Shown here: piece by piece, positions 15,120 to 28,501 of the stretch
How the letters are laid out: the number at the start of each line of letters is the position of its first letter
How positions within the stretch are numbered: the stretch's first letter is position 1
NCBI GenBank assembly: GCA_964016885.1
Contig: OZ024748.1
Span: forward strand, 54,870,001 to 54,934,000
Direction of reading: 5' to 3'
Length of the DNA: 64,000 bases
DNA from: Eledone cirrhosa
Lineage: Eukaryota
The notes under the pieces: generated by a model
Seen by the model: the letters and a program-made list of their open reading frames with translations, nothing else
Databases searched by the model: none
What the model was told of the DNA's origin: nothing
Made by a program: the position numbers and the translations under genes

Positions 15120-15300
15120 CCGAGGTGACCTATAGAACAGCTAGAAAGGGCAGCCACATTTCCTCAAAGTATCATCCTACTGTCTTTAAAAAAAACAGAG
15201 GACATAGACAATGCAGACATAGATAAAAAAAAACGGATGGTCATAGAACGCCTTTGCTTATAGATCAATCGTTGGTAAGCTGACCTGGGGTTAAAATAAC
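15120..15300 (+). mobile_element. Old interspersed repeat family C (SINE-like, AAC-rich tail)
   Basis: Shares motifs (GCTAGAAA..GCAGCCA.ATT..CCTCAAA, GATGGTCA, GCTGACCTGGGG.TAAA) with copies at 17552, 23105 and 50130, and with minus-strand copies at 30490/31120 and 36605. Confidence 0.6.
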
Positions 15301-15401
15301 CTAACACCACATCTTTATATGATATACCCACTCTTCAAATACTATCTTATAATCTCTTCACACGACTATCTCTCCCTCCCTAATTCTGATTCCTCTCTTC
15401 C

Positions 15402-15460
15402 AGTACCAGTAATACACTGGATAATTGCTGGCCTTGTGTCAAAAGTAGAAACAATTAATA
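15402..15460 (+). mobile_element. SINE family A 3' fragment
   Basis: AGTACCAGTAATACACTGGATAATTGCTGGCCTTGTGTCAAAAGTAGAAACAATT. Confidence 0.8.
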
Positions 15461-15730
15461 ATTCTTTCTAAAATACCCTCTTTTTTTCACTCTCTCCTTC
15501 CCCGTCTCTCTATGTTTCTTACTCCCAAATTTCCCTCATATTCTTTTAACCTTTAATCTTTCTCTCTAAAAATGTTTTTACACACTCACACACACACACA
15601 CATATATACATACACATACAAATATGTATATATATACATCCGTGACCCGTGGTAGACAACTAATGAAGAGAAAATGTCCATCTTGTTTGTGTCCTCTTAC
15701 TTTCTAACATTCGTAATCAGTAACCACAGT

Positions 15731-15772
<42 letters not shown>

Positions 15773-15828
15773 GCCAGGGAGTGTAGCGTGAAATTACTGT
15801 AGATTCATTCTATCATTACAACAGCAGA

Positions 15829-15913
15829 GGTCTGACGAGCTTTTGATTCCAGAGTCGGGCTAGATCAATACAGATCAAACCTTGAGTTAATCAATAGCGA
15901 AACGCGCGTCACC
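15829..15913 (+). ncRNA. Type I hammerhead ribozyme, Penelope/retrozyme-type, intact core
   Basis: Stem I GGT/ACC; core CTGACGA (15832-15838); stem II GCTtTTGATT/AATCAAtAGC with a 40-nt loop; GAAA (15899-15902); palindromic stem III ACGCGCGT; GTC cleavage triplet 15908-15910; AATAAA at 15918. Confidence 0.85.
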
Positions 15914-15965
15914 AATCAATAAACGCAATGATGGTATAACAAATCGTCCTTGAATTATTATTATT

Positions 15966-16156
15966 GTGAATTGGCAGTATCGGTAGAGGGTCGGACGCCA
16001 TGCTTTCCAGCAGAGAGTTACGCCCCTTTATGGTCTGAGTTCAAATCCCGCCGAGGTTAACTTAACCATTCATCCTTACGGGGTCGATAAAATAAAGTAC
16101 CAGTAATGCACTGAGTAATTGCTGGCCTTGTGCCAATAGTAGAAATTATTATTATT
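15966..16156 (+). mobile_element. SINE family A, near full length
   Basis: A box, B box, body and 3' end present. AATTATTATTATT lies on both sides (probable TSD). Confidence 0.9.
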
Positions 16157-16169
16157 ATATATATATATA

Positions 16170-16349
16170 ACAAAGAAGGTTTTTTGAAGATACTAGGTTA
16201 ACCATAACCCACTAGAATACTCAATACTTAGGGTAGTAGAGTGGGTAATAGGAAAAGAGTCAGAACCCCGACGGCTGAGCTCCGACCGTTTCGATGTAGC
16301 TGTCGAAACAGCCGGAGCTCAGCCGTCGGGGTCCTGACTCTTTTCTTAT
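16170..16349 (-). mobile_element. Fold-back element family P1: 78-nt unique tail plus 47-bp-arm palindrome; probable truncated Penelope-like pLTR insertion
   Basis: Arms 16248-16294 and 16303-16349 with 4 mismatches; flanked by (TA)n; homologous to 56668-56905; carries GAAACGGTC..GCCGTC (hammerhead 3' half). Confidence 0.75.
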
Positions 16350-16361
16350 ATACATATATAT

Positions 16362-16521
16362 ACGGAGACCTTCTGCAGTTTCCGTCTACCAAATTCCACT
16401 CACAATGCGTTGGTCAATCCGAGGCTATAGTAGAAGACACTTCCAAAGTGCCGCACAACAGAACTGAACACAGAACAATATGGTTGCGAATCTAACTTCT
16501 TAACCACACAGCTATACTTGC

Positions 16522-16522
<1 letters not shown>
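16362..16522 (-). mobile_element. tRNA-derived SINE family B (CORE-like body)
   Basis: Minus strand: GTGTGGTTAAGAAG.. GTTCAGTTC.. GTGTCTTCTACTATAGCCTCGG.. GAGTGGAATTTGGTAGACGGAAACTG. Related copies at 23430, 24105 and 54385. Confidence 0.7.
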
Positions 16523-16614
<92 letters not shown>

Positions 16615-17551
16615 GTCCGCACCTCTCCACTACGTCGCTCATCAACGTTTTCTCCTTTGCTATTTCTCATACATTCCCCTTCCCACACATTCTCTCCCTT
16701 CTTTATTCTCTCTCAGCATTTTTTTATGTGATTCATTCAAATATTTTATCGGCTACCTTTCTGTCAATCAATCTCTCTCTATTTCTCTCTCTCCCTCACT
16801 ATTTACTCTTAACCTTTCTCAATGTGTCTTTTCTCTCTCTTTCTCCCTCTCTCTAGCTTTCTTTCGTTTTTCTTTCTCTCGCCATTTCTCCTCTTTCTTT
16901 ACGCTTCACGTTTCTCTAACCTTTCTCTCTCTCACTCTCTTGCAGTCTCTCTCTCTCTTGCAGTCTCTCCCTCTCTCTCAATATTCCCTTAACCAAACTC
17001 CATCCCTCTCCCTATCTATATCTGTTTCTACGCTGTCCACTCTCAATTGGCTCTCCCCAACTCTAATCTCCACTTCCCTTTTCGCTTCCTTTATTTCTTT
17101 GCTTTCTTCCCTTCCACCCACCACCTTTTCCGTTGCTTCTGTTTTGCCTCTGGCCTTAGTTCCATTCCAGCCCTGTCTCCAGGGCATCCATTTACTCTTT
17201 CTCTATTTCATTAAGAGTCATCGCAGTCCTACCCAAACCCTTACATTACACCACCACCATTTTAGCTCCCTTTCCACCATCTCAGACATAGCTGACCCTA
17301 GTTAAGACAAAAGAAAATACAAAAAAAAACAAACAAAAATAAAAGCTAAAAAAAAACGGATAAATAAATATAAAATACGAAAGAAAAAAAATCATAGAAT
17401 TCCTATTTTCAGTCCAATCAGCCTCCCTACCATTCCTCAAGCCCACATTCTCACCACCACACCCAGCCAACCAACACCACTTACCTCCATTACAACGACC
17501 ACTACACCCACCATTATCATTCCCACTATCATCGACCTAGCAAATTCTCCA

Positions 17552-17715
17552 CCGCGGCTAGAGGGAACCTCTATGTGATCACTTGACCTGGTAGTAATAG
17601 TAGCCAAATTTCCCTCAAATCAAGGAAGGAAAGGAACATATATTAGAATGTGTTTGAATGTATTCGATCATAGGTCTGCAGGATCATGGTTGACCTAGGG
17701 ATAAAAAACAAACAA
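17552..17715 (+). mobile_element. Repeat family C copy
   Basis: GAGGGAACCTCTATGTGATCACTTGACCTG..AGCCAAATTTCCCTCAAAT..GATCATAGGTCTG..GACCTAGGG. Confidence 0.6.
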
Positions 17716-17759
17716 TCTAACTAAAACACCGCCATCACAATCACTATCAACAATATTGC

Positions 17760-17823
17760 ACGTTGCCACAATTACCACCATCATGACCTCTGCAACTGCT
17801 ATAACTACTACTACTTCTACTAG

Positions 17824-17854
<31 letters not shown>

Positions 17855-18800
17855 GTTGTTGCCACCACCATCACATGCATCACCACCACCATCATCACCA
17901 CCACCACTACCACCAACATCACCAGCTCCACCGTCACCACTACCGTCTCCACCATCACCACCACTACTACTACCATCACCACCACAACCACCATCATCCC
18001 CACTACTACCATCACTAATACCACCACCACCACCACGACCATCACCACCACCACCACCACTACCACCACCACTACCATCACTACCACAACCACCATCACC
18101 ACCACCACCACCACCACTACTACCATTACCACCACAACCACCATTACCACCACCACCACCAATAGCACCGCCACAACCACCACTACCATCACCACCACCA
18201 CCACCACAACAACAACAAACACAGTCAGGATCACCAGAGCTAGGAAGGAGAACAAATATCCCCACTACTCCCCAACTCCTTCACCTCCACCACTGACATC
18301 GCTAATACCTCCACCACCAACACTATCATAACTACCATCGCCACAACTACCACCAGAACCACCACCAACACCTCGACGATGAACACAGCCACCATCATCG
18401 CCATCAATAGAAACACCAACACAGCCATCCACTACTAACAGAACCACCAACACAAGCACCAACAACATCAACCACCACCAACATCAACCACCACAACCAC
18501 CAACAACAGCAACCACCACCAACAACATCAACTACCAACACCACCACCACCATCAACCACCAACACCATCAACCACCACCACCACCCACCACCACCACCA
18601 ACAACATCATCAACTACCAACACCACCACCACCACTACCATCAACCACCAACACCATCAACCACCACCACCAACAACAACAACATCAACCACCAACACCA
18701 CCACCACCATCAACCATCAACACCACCACGACCACAACAACACCACCACAAATACCAATATCATCAACAGAACCACCAAATAACCGCCACCACCACCAAT
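17760..18800. repeat. Degenerate (ACC/ACT/AAC)n trinucleotide tract
   Basis: Low complexity; Thr/Pro/Val ORFs in several frames. Confidence 0.85.
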
Positions 18801-18892
18801 TTTGTAGATATTTTTTGTTTCCATTTAGTTTCTACTGTCCACCATTTTGTGTTCATGTATCTATCACTAGGTGTGAAGTTTCTTATTGACTC

Positions 18893-19005
<113 letters not shown>

Positions 19006-19181
19006 CATCGTCTTCATCTTTACTATTCCTTATCACATTTTCATTTCTATTCTCGCCACTATCTTCCAGTCTCTCGCTTCTAAATTGTGTTTACACACGC
19101 GCACATTTCTATGTGTGCGTGCATATATATATATATACACACATGTTAGTATATATAGGTATGCGCGTGTGCACACATGCA

Positions 19182-19219
<38 letters not shown>

Positions 19220-19565
19220 TAGATGACAAAGACATATGTATGTATACATTCATGCATATGTGTGTGTGTGTTTATATATATATATATTATGTGTATTTCG
19301 TCCTCTTTATCTCCCAATATCTATTTCCCCTTCTGCCTTTCACATTATCTTTGCTCCCATATGGTACCCCCATCCCCCCCCCCCCCTTAGTTTGTTTTCT
19401 CATTCATACCTCCATTGTTTCTTTCTCTCTCTCTTTCGCATTTATATACATACATATGTACATATAGACATACATACACACACAAATAAACACACACACA
19501 CACAATATATATACATACACACATACATTCATCCATTACACATATATATAAACACAAACATTCGT

Positions 19566-19602
<37 letters not shown>

Positions 19603-19896
19603 CACATAAACACATACATATATGCACACATGTATATATAAACACACAAACACACACATATATATATAAACACACAAACACATATATATACACACACACA
19701 CATATATATATAAACACACAAACACACATATACATAGACATACATACACACACACATATATATATATACATACATATACATAAACATATACATAAATACA
19801 TACATATATATACATATATATGTGAGTATATATATATATATGTGAGTATAAATGAAAGGTATAGAAAACATTGTAGCAAAAGCCAGTATATGTGAG

Positions 19897-19945
<49 letters not shown>

Positions 19946-21278
19946 TCTTTGTTCTTGTACTTCTTTCTCAGTTTTTTCTATATTTTTCCTTCAAGGATTG
20001 TAACACGAAGACAAAAAAGTATAAAAGTAGAAATAAAGAAATAATACAATAAACGTAAGAAGAAAAATGTTTGGTCAATCTGAAACGTGAAAGCTGTGAA
20101 GAAAAAACGATCGATCCTTGAGCAGCTTTCATTGTTTAATATTTCCGTTCTATCCCTCTCTACCCTCACTCTCATTTCTCCTCTCTCTCATCTTCTCTCC
20201 TCTCTCTCTCATCTCACCTCTCTCCCCACCTTCTCTCCTTTCTCACTATCACTTTATTTTACACGTTCTTCTAACATACACAGATGGATGTCGATCTGTA
20301 TATGTATGTGTATATGTAGCGTTATAGAATGCAATGATTCTTTGACATAGATGCATAGTTAGTCGCTTGTGAAACGTAGTGTAAATATGACAGCTATGCT
20401 GTTTTGTGCTATGTATGATATTGACAGTTTTCATCTTTTACTGAAGGGGGTTTTGGCTTTCAATCTTCAACAACCGCTTCAAAGGGAGCTAACCTTTCAC
20501 CTCAAGACCTACAATTCAAAAGGACTATCTTTTAAGCTACTATACTAGCCTCAGTGGGAGCTAACCTTTTACTTTATAACGGCGTATCTAGCAAGTAACA
20601 GCATTCAACTCGAACGGGATTTTATTTTCACACAAGATCACTGCAGATCACTGGTATCTTTTACCTTTTACTATTAGGCTGCGTAGAAGTTTGCCCTTTT
20701 ATCAACAGAGACTGATTGTCTACACCAAAGGTTCTCAACCCATTTCGACCAAACGCCCCATTTTGCCCCTCGAAATCACGAAACGCCTCTCTACCCTATT
20801 TTTCTATTTTTCAATATACTACTGATTTTGATATCAATAGATTACTGGGCCAAATCAAGTTATGTTAGAATCTTTAAAAAATACTCGTACGAATTAAATA
20901 CAAAAAAGTTTCAGTCCAAAACAAAAGCAAACTATTTCAAATTATATAATTTTTGAAAAATAGATGTGAATGTTCTCAAAGATTTGATCTCAGTCGAAAA
21001 AGTTTTTTTTTTAAAATTCTATAATTCACTGTTAGCTGTTGTAATATTTTGAGTGGATAGACAATTCTACAATTCAAACTGTAAAATCGAAATACAAAAG
21101 ATGCAAAATATGAAGAATTTCTTACCTTTTTCTGAAATCACAAACTAAGGGGGAAAATAGTACCTTGCAAAATAAAATACCTCGTAGCAGAATAAAATAG
21201 TTAGTGGCAACGAATGAATTGAGAAGCTTGGTGACAGTGAGAAAAATATATCTGTATTCCTTATATATATACATAGAT

Positions 21279-21317
<39 letters not shown>

Positions 21318-21456
21318 TCTATATACATACACACACATACACACAAACTTCTGTGTGGTGTATGCCTTGGTTTTGGTACAGAAAGAATTTTGTCTCCAGT
21401 TTTTATTGCCAGGTCAAAGGCCACTGCTCTTTTCAACAACGCCAAATAACAACGCC

Positions 21457-21502
<46 letters not shown>

Positions 21503-21604
21503 TATAAAAATGAAGAGAGAGAGAGAGGGAGGGAGGGATAGAGAGAGTAAGAAATGTGTGTGTGTGTGTGTTTGGTACACGTCTATCTATCTATCTATCT
21601 CCAA

Positions 21605-22009
21605 CAGGGGGCTCAAACATGCGGCCCGAGAACTACTTTTCCGTGGCCCGTGGTAGAACCAATATTTCATATTGCATTATAACTGGTGAAAATAAGGCGG
21701 TGAGCTAGTGGAATAGTTAACACATCTGGCGAAATACTTCGCGGTACCTCTTCCGTTTTTACGTTCTGAGTTCAAATTCTGCCGATCTCAACTTTGCCTT
21801 TCATCCTTTTGGGGTCAATGAATTAAGTACCAGTTGTGTACTAGGATCGATGTAATCGACTGAACCCTGAACCCCAAATTTCATGCCTTGTTCCTATAGT
21901 AGAAATGATTATAACTGATGAAAATGTTCACCCACCACCACGTTTAGCCCACTGTTCCTCTCCTCCAGGACGCAATGGCCCTTTTGTGCCCTTGAGTTTG
22001 AGACCCCTC
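21605..22009. mobile_element. hAT-type MITE with nested SINE
   Basis: TIRs CAGGGGGCTCAAAC / GTTTGAGACCCCT(C); subterminal GCGGCCCG/GGCCC motifs typical of hAT non-autonomous elements; TSD not preserved. Confidence 0.7.
21694..21910 (+). mobile_element. SINE family A, older long subfamily (retains the ATCGATGTAATCGACT..CCCC segment)
   Basis: 18-bp TSD ATTATAACTG(G/A)TGAAAAT at 21676-21693 and 21908-21925. Confidence 0.85.
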
Positions 22010-22291
22010 TTCTATAGCGGAACTCGGTAAGAATAATGCTCATTAAAATACATGGTGAATATTGAATCTTGGAAATAAAATAAAAAAGGAGCGAAAGATA
22101 TGATATGGACACGTTTCTATACTAAATGCATATTCTACAAAATATGACAAAACCACAGATGAAAGCCACATAATGTAGGCATGTTATATATATAGAGAAC
22201 ATTATCCCGATCTAGAAATACTTTGGGATTTCATCGGACGAGCTAACGTGTTAATTTAGAAATATACATACTTGAAAAATATATAATAATT

Positions 22292-22459
22292 CCGTATTTC
22301 CCGACGCCGAAGACGCTTCGTCCTCGAAGATGCACCCTAATTTTGACAGCCGAAAATTTGAAAAAAAATAATAAACAACCTTCGGCCTCCAGGATGCATG
22401 GTAGATTTTGGAGACTTATTTTAGGAAAAAAGTAGCGTCTTCGACGCCGGAAAATATGG
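22292..22459. mobile_element. Tc1/mariner-pogo-type MITE
   Basis: ~25-bp imperfect TIRs CCGTATTTCCCGACGCCGAAGACGC / GCGTCTTCGACGCCGGAAAATATGG, with TA after the right end. Confidence 0.75.
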
Positions 22460-22696
22460 TAATTGACAAAAAATATAAAATGAAATGAAATGAAAATACA
22501 AAATTTTTTAAAACTATATAAGTATTAATAACACAAATTGTGAAGTTAGACTTCGTACAATGAAAATTTATAAAATAAATGATGAAAGTCAACCAAATCA
22601 AACCATATCATTCCTAGAAAATGATGGTCAACAGAAGGTATATGAGAACTCCAAGAATAAGAATATGAATATAACTGAATATGAGAAAGATTTAAA

Positions 22697-22920
22697 AGAT
22701 TGATATATGTAAACGATTGATATATGTAAGACGATTGATATATGTAAAACGATTGATATATGTAAAATGGTTGATATGTGTAAACGGTTGATATGTGTAA
22801 ACGGTTGATATGTGTAAACGGTTGATATGTGTAAACGGTTGATATGTGTAAACGGTTGATATGTGTAAAAGATTGATATGTGTAAAAAATGATGTATGTA
22901 AAAGATTGATGTATGTAAAT
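22697..22920. repeat. 17-bp minisatellite TGATATGTGTAAACGGT, about 12 copies
   Basis: Direct inspection. Confidence 0.9.
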
Positions 22921-23104
22921 GATAGATATATATGTAAAGCTATAAATCGTGAATACGACAATAATCTAAGGAAGGAAGAATGAGTTAAAGAATTTATATT
23001 GTTAGTCCTTCCAACAGAACGATGTAAGAACCACCCAAGGTAAAAATGAAACTTAATTATAAAGTTTTATCTTTATGATGTTATTTAATTATAAATGAAC
23101 CAGC

Positions 23105-23290
23105 GAGGGAGACCTTACATGGTCTTTTGACCTTTTAGAAAATATCTGCCAAATCTATCTCAAATAACACTCCACCTTCATCAAAGAGAAGAAAAACATT
23201 ATAAAACATGAAAATATAACAAAAAGAAAGAAGGGATGCTCACGGCTGGAATACCTTCGATTTTCTGCATGCTGATCAGATCTGAACAGG
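23105..23290 (+). mobile_element. Repeat family C copy
   Basis: GAGGGAGACCTTACATGGTC..GCCAAATCTATCTCAAAT..GGGATGCTCACGGCTGGAATACC. Confidence 0.55.
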
Positions 23291-23429
23291 AAGAAAAAAT
23301 TCAACTTAATAAAATATTAACAAAAACAAAGAAAAAAAGCAACACCAAAAAAACAACAACAAAAAAGCCCCCCCCCCCCCCACACACAACAACAAAAAAC
23401 AACTGTGAAAATAAAACAAAATATAACAC

Positions 23430-23555
23430 AGGCACAAGTGTGTGTTTAACAAATTCGCTTCTCAATCACGAGGACCTAGGTTCAGTCCCGCTGCGCAGTT
23501 TCTTTTACTATGACCCATTGCTGTGCATTTGAGTGGAATTTGGTAGACGGAAACA
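23430..23555 (+). mobile_element. SINE family B, decayed copy
   Basis: B-box-like GGTTCAGTCCC and GAGTGGAATTTGGTAGACGGAAAC shared with 16362-16522. Confidence 0.6.
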
Positions 23556-23746
23556 CACACACACTCTCTCTCTCTCTCTGTTTACCTTTTATTTTGTGTT
23601 TATGTTTAGTATCCAAGAAGTTTGATTTAAAAAAATCGATAAAATAAGTACCACACTTGATAAAAATATATTCTGGGGTTGATGTAATCGACTAAACCAA
23701 GGTGGTGCTCCAGCATGACCACAGTCAAATAACTGAAACCATTAAA

Positions 23747-23926
23747 ATAATTGTTTCTACTTTTGGCACAAGGCCAGCAATTACCAATACATTACTGGTA
23801 CTTTATTTTATCGACCCCGTAAGGATGAAAGACAAAGCTAACCTCGACGGGATTTGAACTTAGACCGTAAAGGGACGTAACTATGCTAGAAAGCATGGCG
23901 TTCAACCCTCTACCGATACTGCCAAA
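23747..23926 (-). mobile_element. SINE family A, young subfamily
   Basis: Near-identical to 4371-4567. Confidence 0.9.
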
Positions 23927-24622
23927 TACAATGATAGTTTATGTAGCGGAACAAGTCGAGTAGTCTAATCAACAGCCATATGACAGTTAGAAAGGAATGT
24001 GGAAACTTCCTGAGAACTTCTCGTATATCTAAATCAAAGACTAAATTGTGAACAAATAAAATAGACAAATAGATACAACAATATATATAGACACACACAT
24101 ATCTATGTAGTTAAGACGTTTGCTTTACAACCATGTTGTTCCGGGTTTAATTCTACTAAGCAACACCTATGTCTACATATCGAAACTGGTTTTGTGTGTC
24201 CCTTTGTATTAAAGTGTAAATTAGTGATTGTTTAAATAGAGATAAATGATGACAATACTTGTATGCATGCTCCCGTTACTCCCGAGAGAGTTATTGGAGC
24301 GCCGTATAGACATACAGTGTTCTTAGAGCATTTTAAAACATGTCGGAGACATTCTCCTCTCTAGACCTGAATACAGCAGATTTCTTCCAGAGAAAGATAA
24401 CGAGTGGGAGAATGAAAATGAAAAAGAGACATAGAGGAAGAATCGTCTCAGTACTTGACTGGCATTTTTCTTTATTGATCTCGAATGGATCAGAGGCAAA
24501 GTTGACCTCAGCGGGATTTGAACTCAGAGAGTAGAGAATCGAAAAGAATACCACAAAACATTTTATCCGACGTTCTAACGACACCTTTAATGATAATACC
24601 ATATAGAAATATGTACCTATAG

Positions 24623-24760
24623 CAGGGTTTCCCAAACTTTTTCTAACGAGCAACCCTTTTTGATTCAGAAACTTTATATGGTCGTAATAGAAATATACTC
24701 CTCTACCCTTTTCACGGAACCACTGACACTCCATAACGGAACCCACTTTGGGAATCACTG
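24623..24760. mobile_element. hAT (Charlie-like) MITE, 138 bp
   Basis: TIRs CAGGGTTTCCCAAA / TTTGGGAATCACTG; perfect 8-bp TSD ACCTATAG at 24615-24622 and 24761-24768. Confidence 0.9.
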
Positions 24761-24857
24761 ACCTATAGAAATATTATCCACTAAAACTTTTTATGGGGGT
24801 GCCCCAGCATTACTGTCGGCCGATGGCCGATATAATAAAAAAATATAAAAACAGAAA

Positions 24858-25069
24858 ATAGTTTCTAATTTAGGCACAAGGCCAACCATTTTGGGGAAGG
24901 GAAAGTCGATTAAATCGACCCAGTGCGTTATTGGTACTTTATTTATCGACCCCGAAAGATGAAAATTAAAGCTAAAACTAGCGGGAATTTAACTCAGAAC
25001 GTAGTGAAGCAAATCTATGCCGCAAAGAATGTTGTCCGACGCTCTACCGAAACTGCTAATCCACCGCCC
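24858..25069 (-). mobile_element. SINE family A, older long subfamily
   Basis: Full head to tail, including the GGGGAAGGGAAAGTCGATTAAATCGACCC segment. Confidence 0.85.
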
Positions 25070-25677
25070 TTATAAAGAGAGAATATATAAGATGTCACGT
25101 GATTCATAATTAGATCAACAATGGCAGTTCACAAAAGAGAGAAATAGAGAGAAGCTAGTGCAACATAAATACAATTTAAATCATCATTTACAATAAACAT
25201 TTATCTATTGTATGTTTTTGGAATATCGTGGTACTCAGAAGTACTCAATACACGAGAAACTCAGAGGATTGATGCTCAGATGTCTTAACTTCTAAGAAAA
25301 TAACAACCACAATTATTTACATTGAAGTTTATTGTATCTTTCGTAAACAACTCTTCTCTCTTTCTCTCACACAGACATACATAGACACATAAACACACAC
25401 AGAAATACATAGACACACACAGAAATACATAGACACACACAATAGTACATAGACACACATAAAAATACATAGACACACACAATAGTACCTAGACACACAG
25501 ACATACATAGACACCGACAGAAATACATAGACACACAGAGTAGTACCTAGACAAACACAGACATACATAGACATACATAGACACACACACAAATACAGAA
25601 ACACACATCACATGTACATTCTCTCGTTATGTATGGTTATGGATGAGAGCGAACATGTATGTTGGAAGTTGGAAAGA

Positions 25678-25855
25678 TAATTGTTTCTACTTTTGGCACA
25701 AGGCCAGCAATTACCCCAGTGGTACTTTATTTTATCGACCCCGTAAGGATGAACGGCAAAGTTAACCTCGGCGAGATTTGAACTCAGATCATAAAGGGAC
25801 GTAACTATGCTTCAAAGCATGGTGTCCGACTCTCTACCGATACTGCCAATCCACC
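25678..25855 (-). mobile_element. SINE family A, young subfamily
   Basis: A box, B box and body present. Confidence 0.9.
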
Positions 25856-25904
25856 TAATAATGTTACATATATGTGAGAGTGTGATCCCTATATTTTGTG
25901 TGAA

Positions 25905-25950
<46 letters not shown>

Positions 25951-26269
25951 CATATAAGGAAGGAGCGGAGAAGAGATGAGTGGAGGGGGGAAGATAGGGA
26001 GAGAGAAGGGTGAGTGAGAGACAGAAGGAGCGAGCGAGAGAGAGAAGGAACGAACGAGGGGGAAAGGAGTGAGAGGAGACAGAAAGGGAGAGAAAGAGAA
26101 AGGGTGAGAGAAAGAGAAGGAACGAGTGAGTGAGCGAGAGATACAGGGAACAGAGAGGGGGAACAGAGAGGAGGAGGGAATGAAGTGTGAAATTGGTGAT
26201 GGAGAGGAGGGTGAGATAGATAATGTGTGTGATGTGTTAGACAAATGAAGTACAGTTGGTAGATAGTAG

Positions 26270-26350
<81 letters not shown>

Positions 26351-27044
26351 GATATATGTGTAGATAGATATATGTGTAGATAGATGGATGGACAAATAAA
26401 TATATAGATAGATATATAAATAAATAGATAGATAGACATGTGTGTAGATAGATAGATAGATAGATAGATGGATAAATAAAGACATTTGTATGCTTTATTA
26501 TTTTTTTGCAAGTATCACAGAAAATATGGCGAAGATTGAAAATACTGAAAGGAAGCTGTTTTCCCATGGAAGTAAATCATGGCTTATATTTCACTTTACA
26601 ATTGGCGACGAGATTTATGTTGGACATCTGAGTGATAAAATCACTCATGAGTGTTATATAGATGGATGACAACAACAACAACGACGACAACAACAACAAC
26701 GACGATGGTGACAGGAGCAACAGTAATAACGATGACAACAGTATCAACCACAACAAAAAAAAACAAAAACAATAATATCAACAACAGCAGCATCGAGAAC
26801 CATCTTAATAAAAGCCTAACAACACCATCAAACATAGTGGTGTCAACGGAAGCAATAACAACGCCAACAACATCAACAAGAGCAAAGACAACAACGACAA
26901 CGACACCAGTATTAACAACATCATCGATAACAACAACATCGGCATCATCGGCATCGGCAACATCAACAACAACGAGAACATGAACAACAACAACGAGATC
27001 AACAACAACAACGACATCAACAACGAAAACAACAACATCGACAG

Positions 27045-27230
27045 CGTCCGTATGCGGTAGGCCGTATGAACACTCAATGCCCTCGTAGAGCAGAGTATGA
27101 TATCACAGAAAAAAGAGAATCAGTGTTGCGTCGAAAGGAATCCATTGGACATACTACAATTGTTTCTCTGGCGATTGTAATATGTCCAATAAATTCCTTT
27201 CGTCGCAACACTGATTCTCTTTTTTCTATG
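27045..27230 (-). mobile_element. Fold-back element family P2: ~59-nt unique tail plus 59-bp-arm palindrome
   Basis: Arms 27104-27162 and 27172-27230 with about 6 mismatches. 27103-27129 is identical (reverse complement) to 45619-45645. GTC(C)AATAAATTCCTTTC is shared with the post-cleavage sequence of the 63-kb hammerhead. Confidence 0.7.
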
Positions 27231-27602
27231 TTCAAAGAGAGGAGAGAGAAAGAGAGAAGAGAGAGAACGAGAGAAAGAGAGAGGAAGAGAGAGAGGAAGA
27301 GAGAGAGGAAGAGAGAGGAAGAGAGAGGAAGAGAGAAAGATAGAGAAAGAGAGAGAGAGAGATATAAAGAAGAGAGAGAGAAGAGAGAAGAGAGAAGAGA
27401 GAGAGAGATATATATATAAAGAAGAGAGAGAGAAGAGAGAAAGAGAGAGAGAGATATATAAAGAGAGAGAGAGAGATAAAGAGAGAGAGAGAAAGACAGA
27501 AGAGAGAAAGAGAGAAGAGAGAGAGAAGAGAGAGAAGAGAGAGAAGAGAGAGAGAGAGAAGAGAGAGAAGATAGAGAGAGAGAGAAGATAGAGAGAGAAG
27601 AT

Positions 27603-27647
<45 letters not shown>

Positions 27648-27886
27648 GAGGGAAAGAGAGAGAGAGAGAGAGAGAGATAGAGAGAGGGAAAGAGAGAGAA
27701 AGAGAGGGAAAGAGAGAGAAAGAGAGGGAAAGAGAGAGAGAGAGAGGATAGGGAGCTGAAAATGAAAAGCGAAAGGGTTTGTATCCAACGCTGTCAATCT
27801 GTCCCGTTTTATCAGTAATACGGTTTCCTAATCCTCGCATTTAAACTTATTTTGGTTATTTCAGATTTTGAAAACACCGGAAATAA

Positions 27887-28501
27887 AGGTTTCTAATTAA
27901 CACATGAAACCAGCGATGTGTGTTGGGGAAGGGGTGATGGGGGCAGTCGATTATACTGACCCCAATATTTTACCTTGGTGGGATTTGAACTCAGAACGCA
28001 GAGTATTGGAACGAATACTGTAAAGCATACTATCCAACGCTCTGCCAATCCACCGCCTTAACACTGGAAATAAGGATTTATGATTTAGAAACAAAGCTAA
28101 CAGTTTGTAGGGCTGGAGGAGAAAGGCGATTATACCGACTCCAGTACTTTTCCGGTACTTTATTTTATCGAACCCCAAAGGATCACAGCTAAAGTTGACC
28201 TCGGCAGGATTTGAACTCAGAACGTAGAAAGTCGTAACAAAATAATCGCAAAGAATTTTGTCCGATACTCAACCAACACAGCCAGTCTACCGTCCTTAAC
28301 TTTGGAAAGATAATTGTTTCTACTTTTGGCACAAGGTCAGCAATTATCCCAGTGCATTACTGGTACTTTATTTTATCGACCCCACAAGGATGAAAGGAAA
28401 AGTGAACCTCGGCGGGATTTGAACTCAGAATGGCAAGGGCCGTAACTCTATGCGTCAAAGCATGGTGTCCGATCCTCTACTGATACTGCCAATCCACCGC
28501 C
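27887..28501 (-). mobile_element. Stack of three co-oriented SINE family A copies (27887-28058, 28074-28297, 28310-28501)
   Basis: Each has the B box GATTTGAACTCAGAA on +. They are separated by four copies of AAC..GGAAA(GA)TAA at 27873, 28060, 28298 and 28502. Confidence 0.85.
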
